From: SAR202 cluster bacterium bin87
GTDB taxonomy: Bacteria > Chloroflexota > Dehalococcoidia > Lucifugimonadales > UBA3495
Direction: 5' to 3'
Length of the DNA stretch: 64,000 bases
Assembly (NCBI GenBank): GCA_002238825.1
Contig: MPNC01000017.1
Coordinates: 4,324 to 68,323, forward strand
The number at the start of each line of letters is the position of its first letter. The first letter of the stretch is position 1. Below, in pieces: positions 63,901 through 64,000 of the stretch. Below the pieces are notes generated by a model. The model saw only the letters and a list, made by a program, of their open reading frames with translations, made no database searches and was not told the DNA's origin. A program made the position numbers and the translations under genes.

Positions 63901-64000
63901 ATGACCAATCGCACCACCCAGCGCCGAAAGGGCTCCGCCAACACCGACATGCCGCAGTTCCACGACCCCGACGACCAGGTCATAGGCTTAGATACCGACG
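63901..64000 (+). CDS. 5' end of an ORF running off the window
   Basis: ATG preceded by AGGAGAG; MTNRTTQRRKGSANTDMPQFHDPDD... Confidence 0.35.
   Translation, partial: MTNRTTQRRKGSANTDMPQFHDPDDQVIGLDTD

Overview
High-G+C prokaryotic window. Spot counts of 60-nt lines give about 70% G+C in core-like genes and about 40-57% in several inserted blocks. Almost all of it is an accessory, defence and mobile-element island. From left to right it contains:

- A strongly C-skewed region with no clear gene model (1-1420) and two 37-bp direct repeats.
- Two Cre-like tyrosine recombinase paralogues, one with a degenerate active site, plus a third 3' fragment.
- NYN, DUF2235 and two DUF4160/DUF2442 gene pairs.
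- A low-GC two-gene module: an AAA15/DUF3696-type ATPase plus an unknown partner.
- A complete type I R-M system (hsdR, HicAB and RHH genes, hsdS, hsdM).
- A decayed Tn3-family element (frameshifted resolvase, transposase 3' stub, 38-bp IRs) inserted into a gene.
- A CBASS operon (capH-capP-capV-CD-NTase-cap2) with no Cap3.
- Directly next to CBASS, an unusual ~1000-aa protein in which a STAND-like P-loop ATPase, a wHTH and TPR repeats are fused to a second, closely paralogous CD-NTase domain. Another ATPase gene precedes it.
- A graveyard of IS fragments.
- A 1415-aa GHKL(sacsin-like)-HNH giant gene.
- Two secreted FN3/cadherin-like proteins.
- A soluble histidine kinase fused to a full OmpR-type response regulator.
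- NurA-like, VapBC and PD-(D/E)xK genes.
- An MscS gene broken by a 19-bp tandem duplication.
- A sigma-70 gene.
- A plasmid-like Rep/RHH/ParA module with a 177-bp duplicated divergent-promoter region.

No rRNA, tRNA or CRISPR array was seen. The best candidate for a new system is the STAND-TPR-CD-NTase fusion locus (33210-37471) beside the CBASS operon. The next candidates are the GHKL-HNH giant (38605-42852) and the ATPase plus unknown pair (12680-15237). All family assignments come from motif reading by eye and need profile searches.
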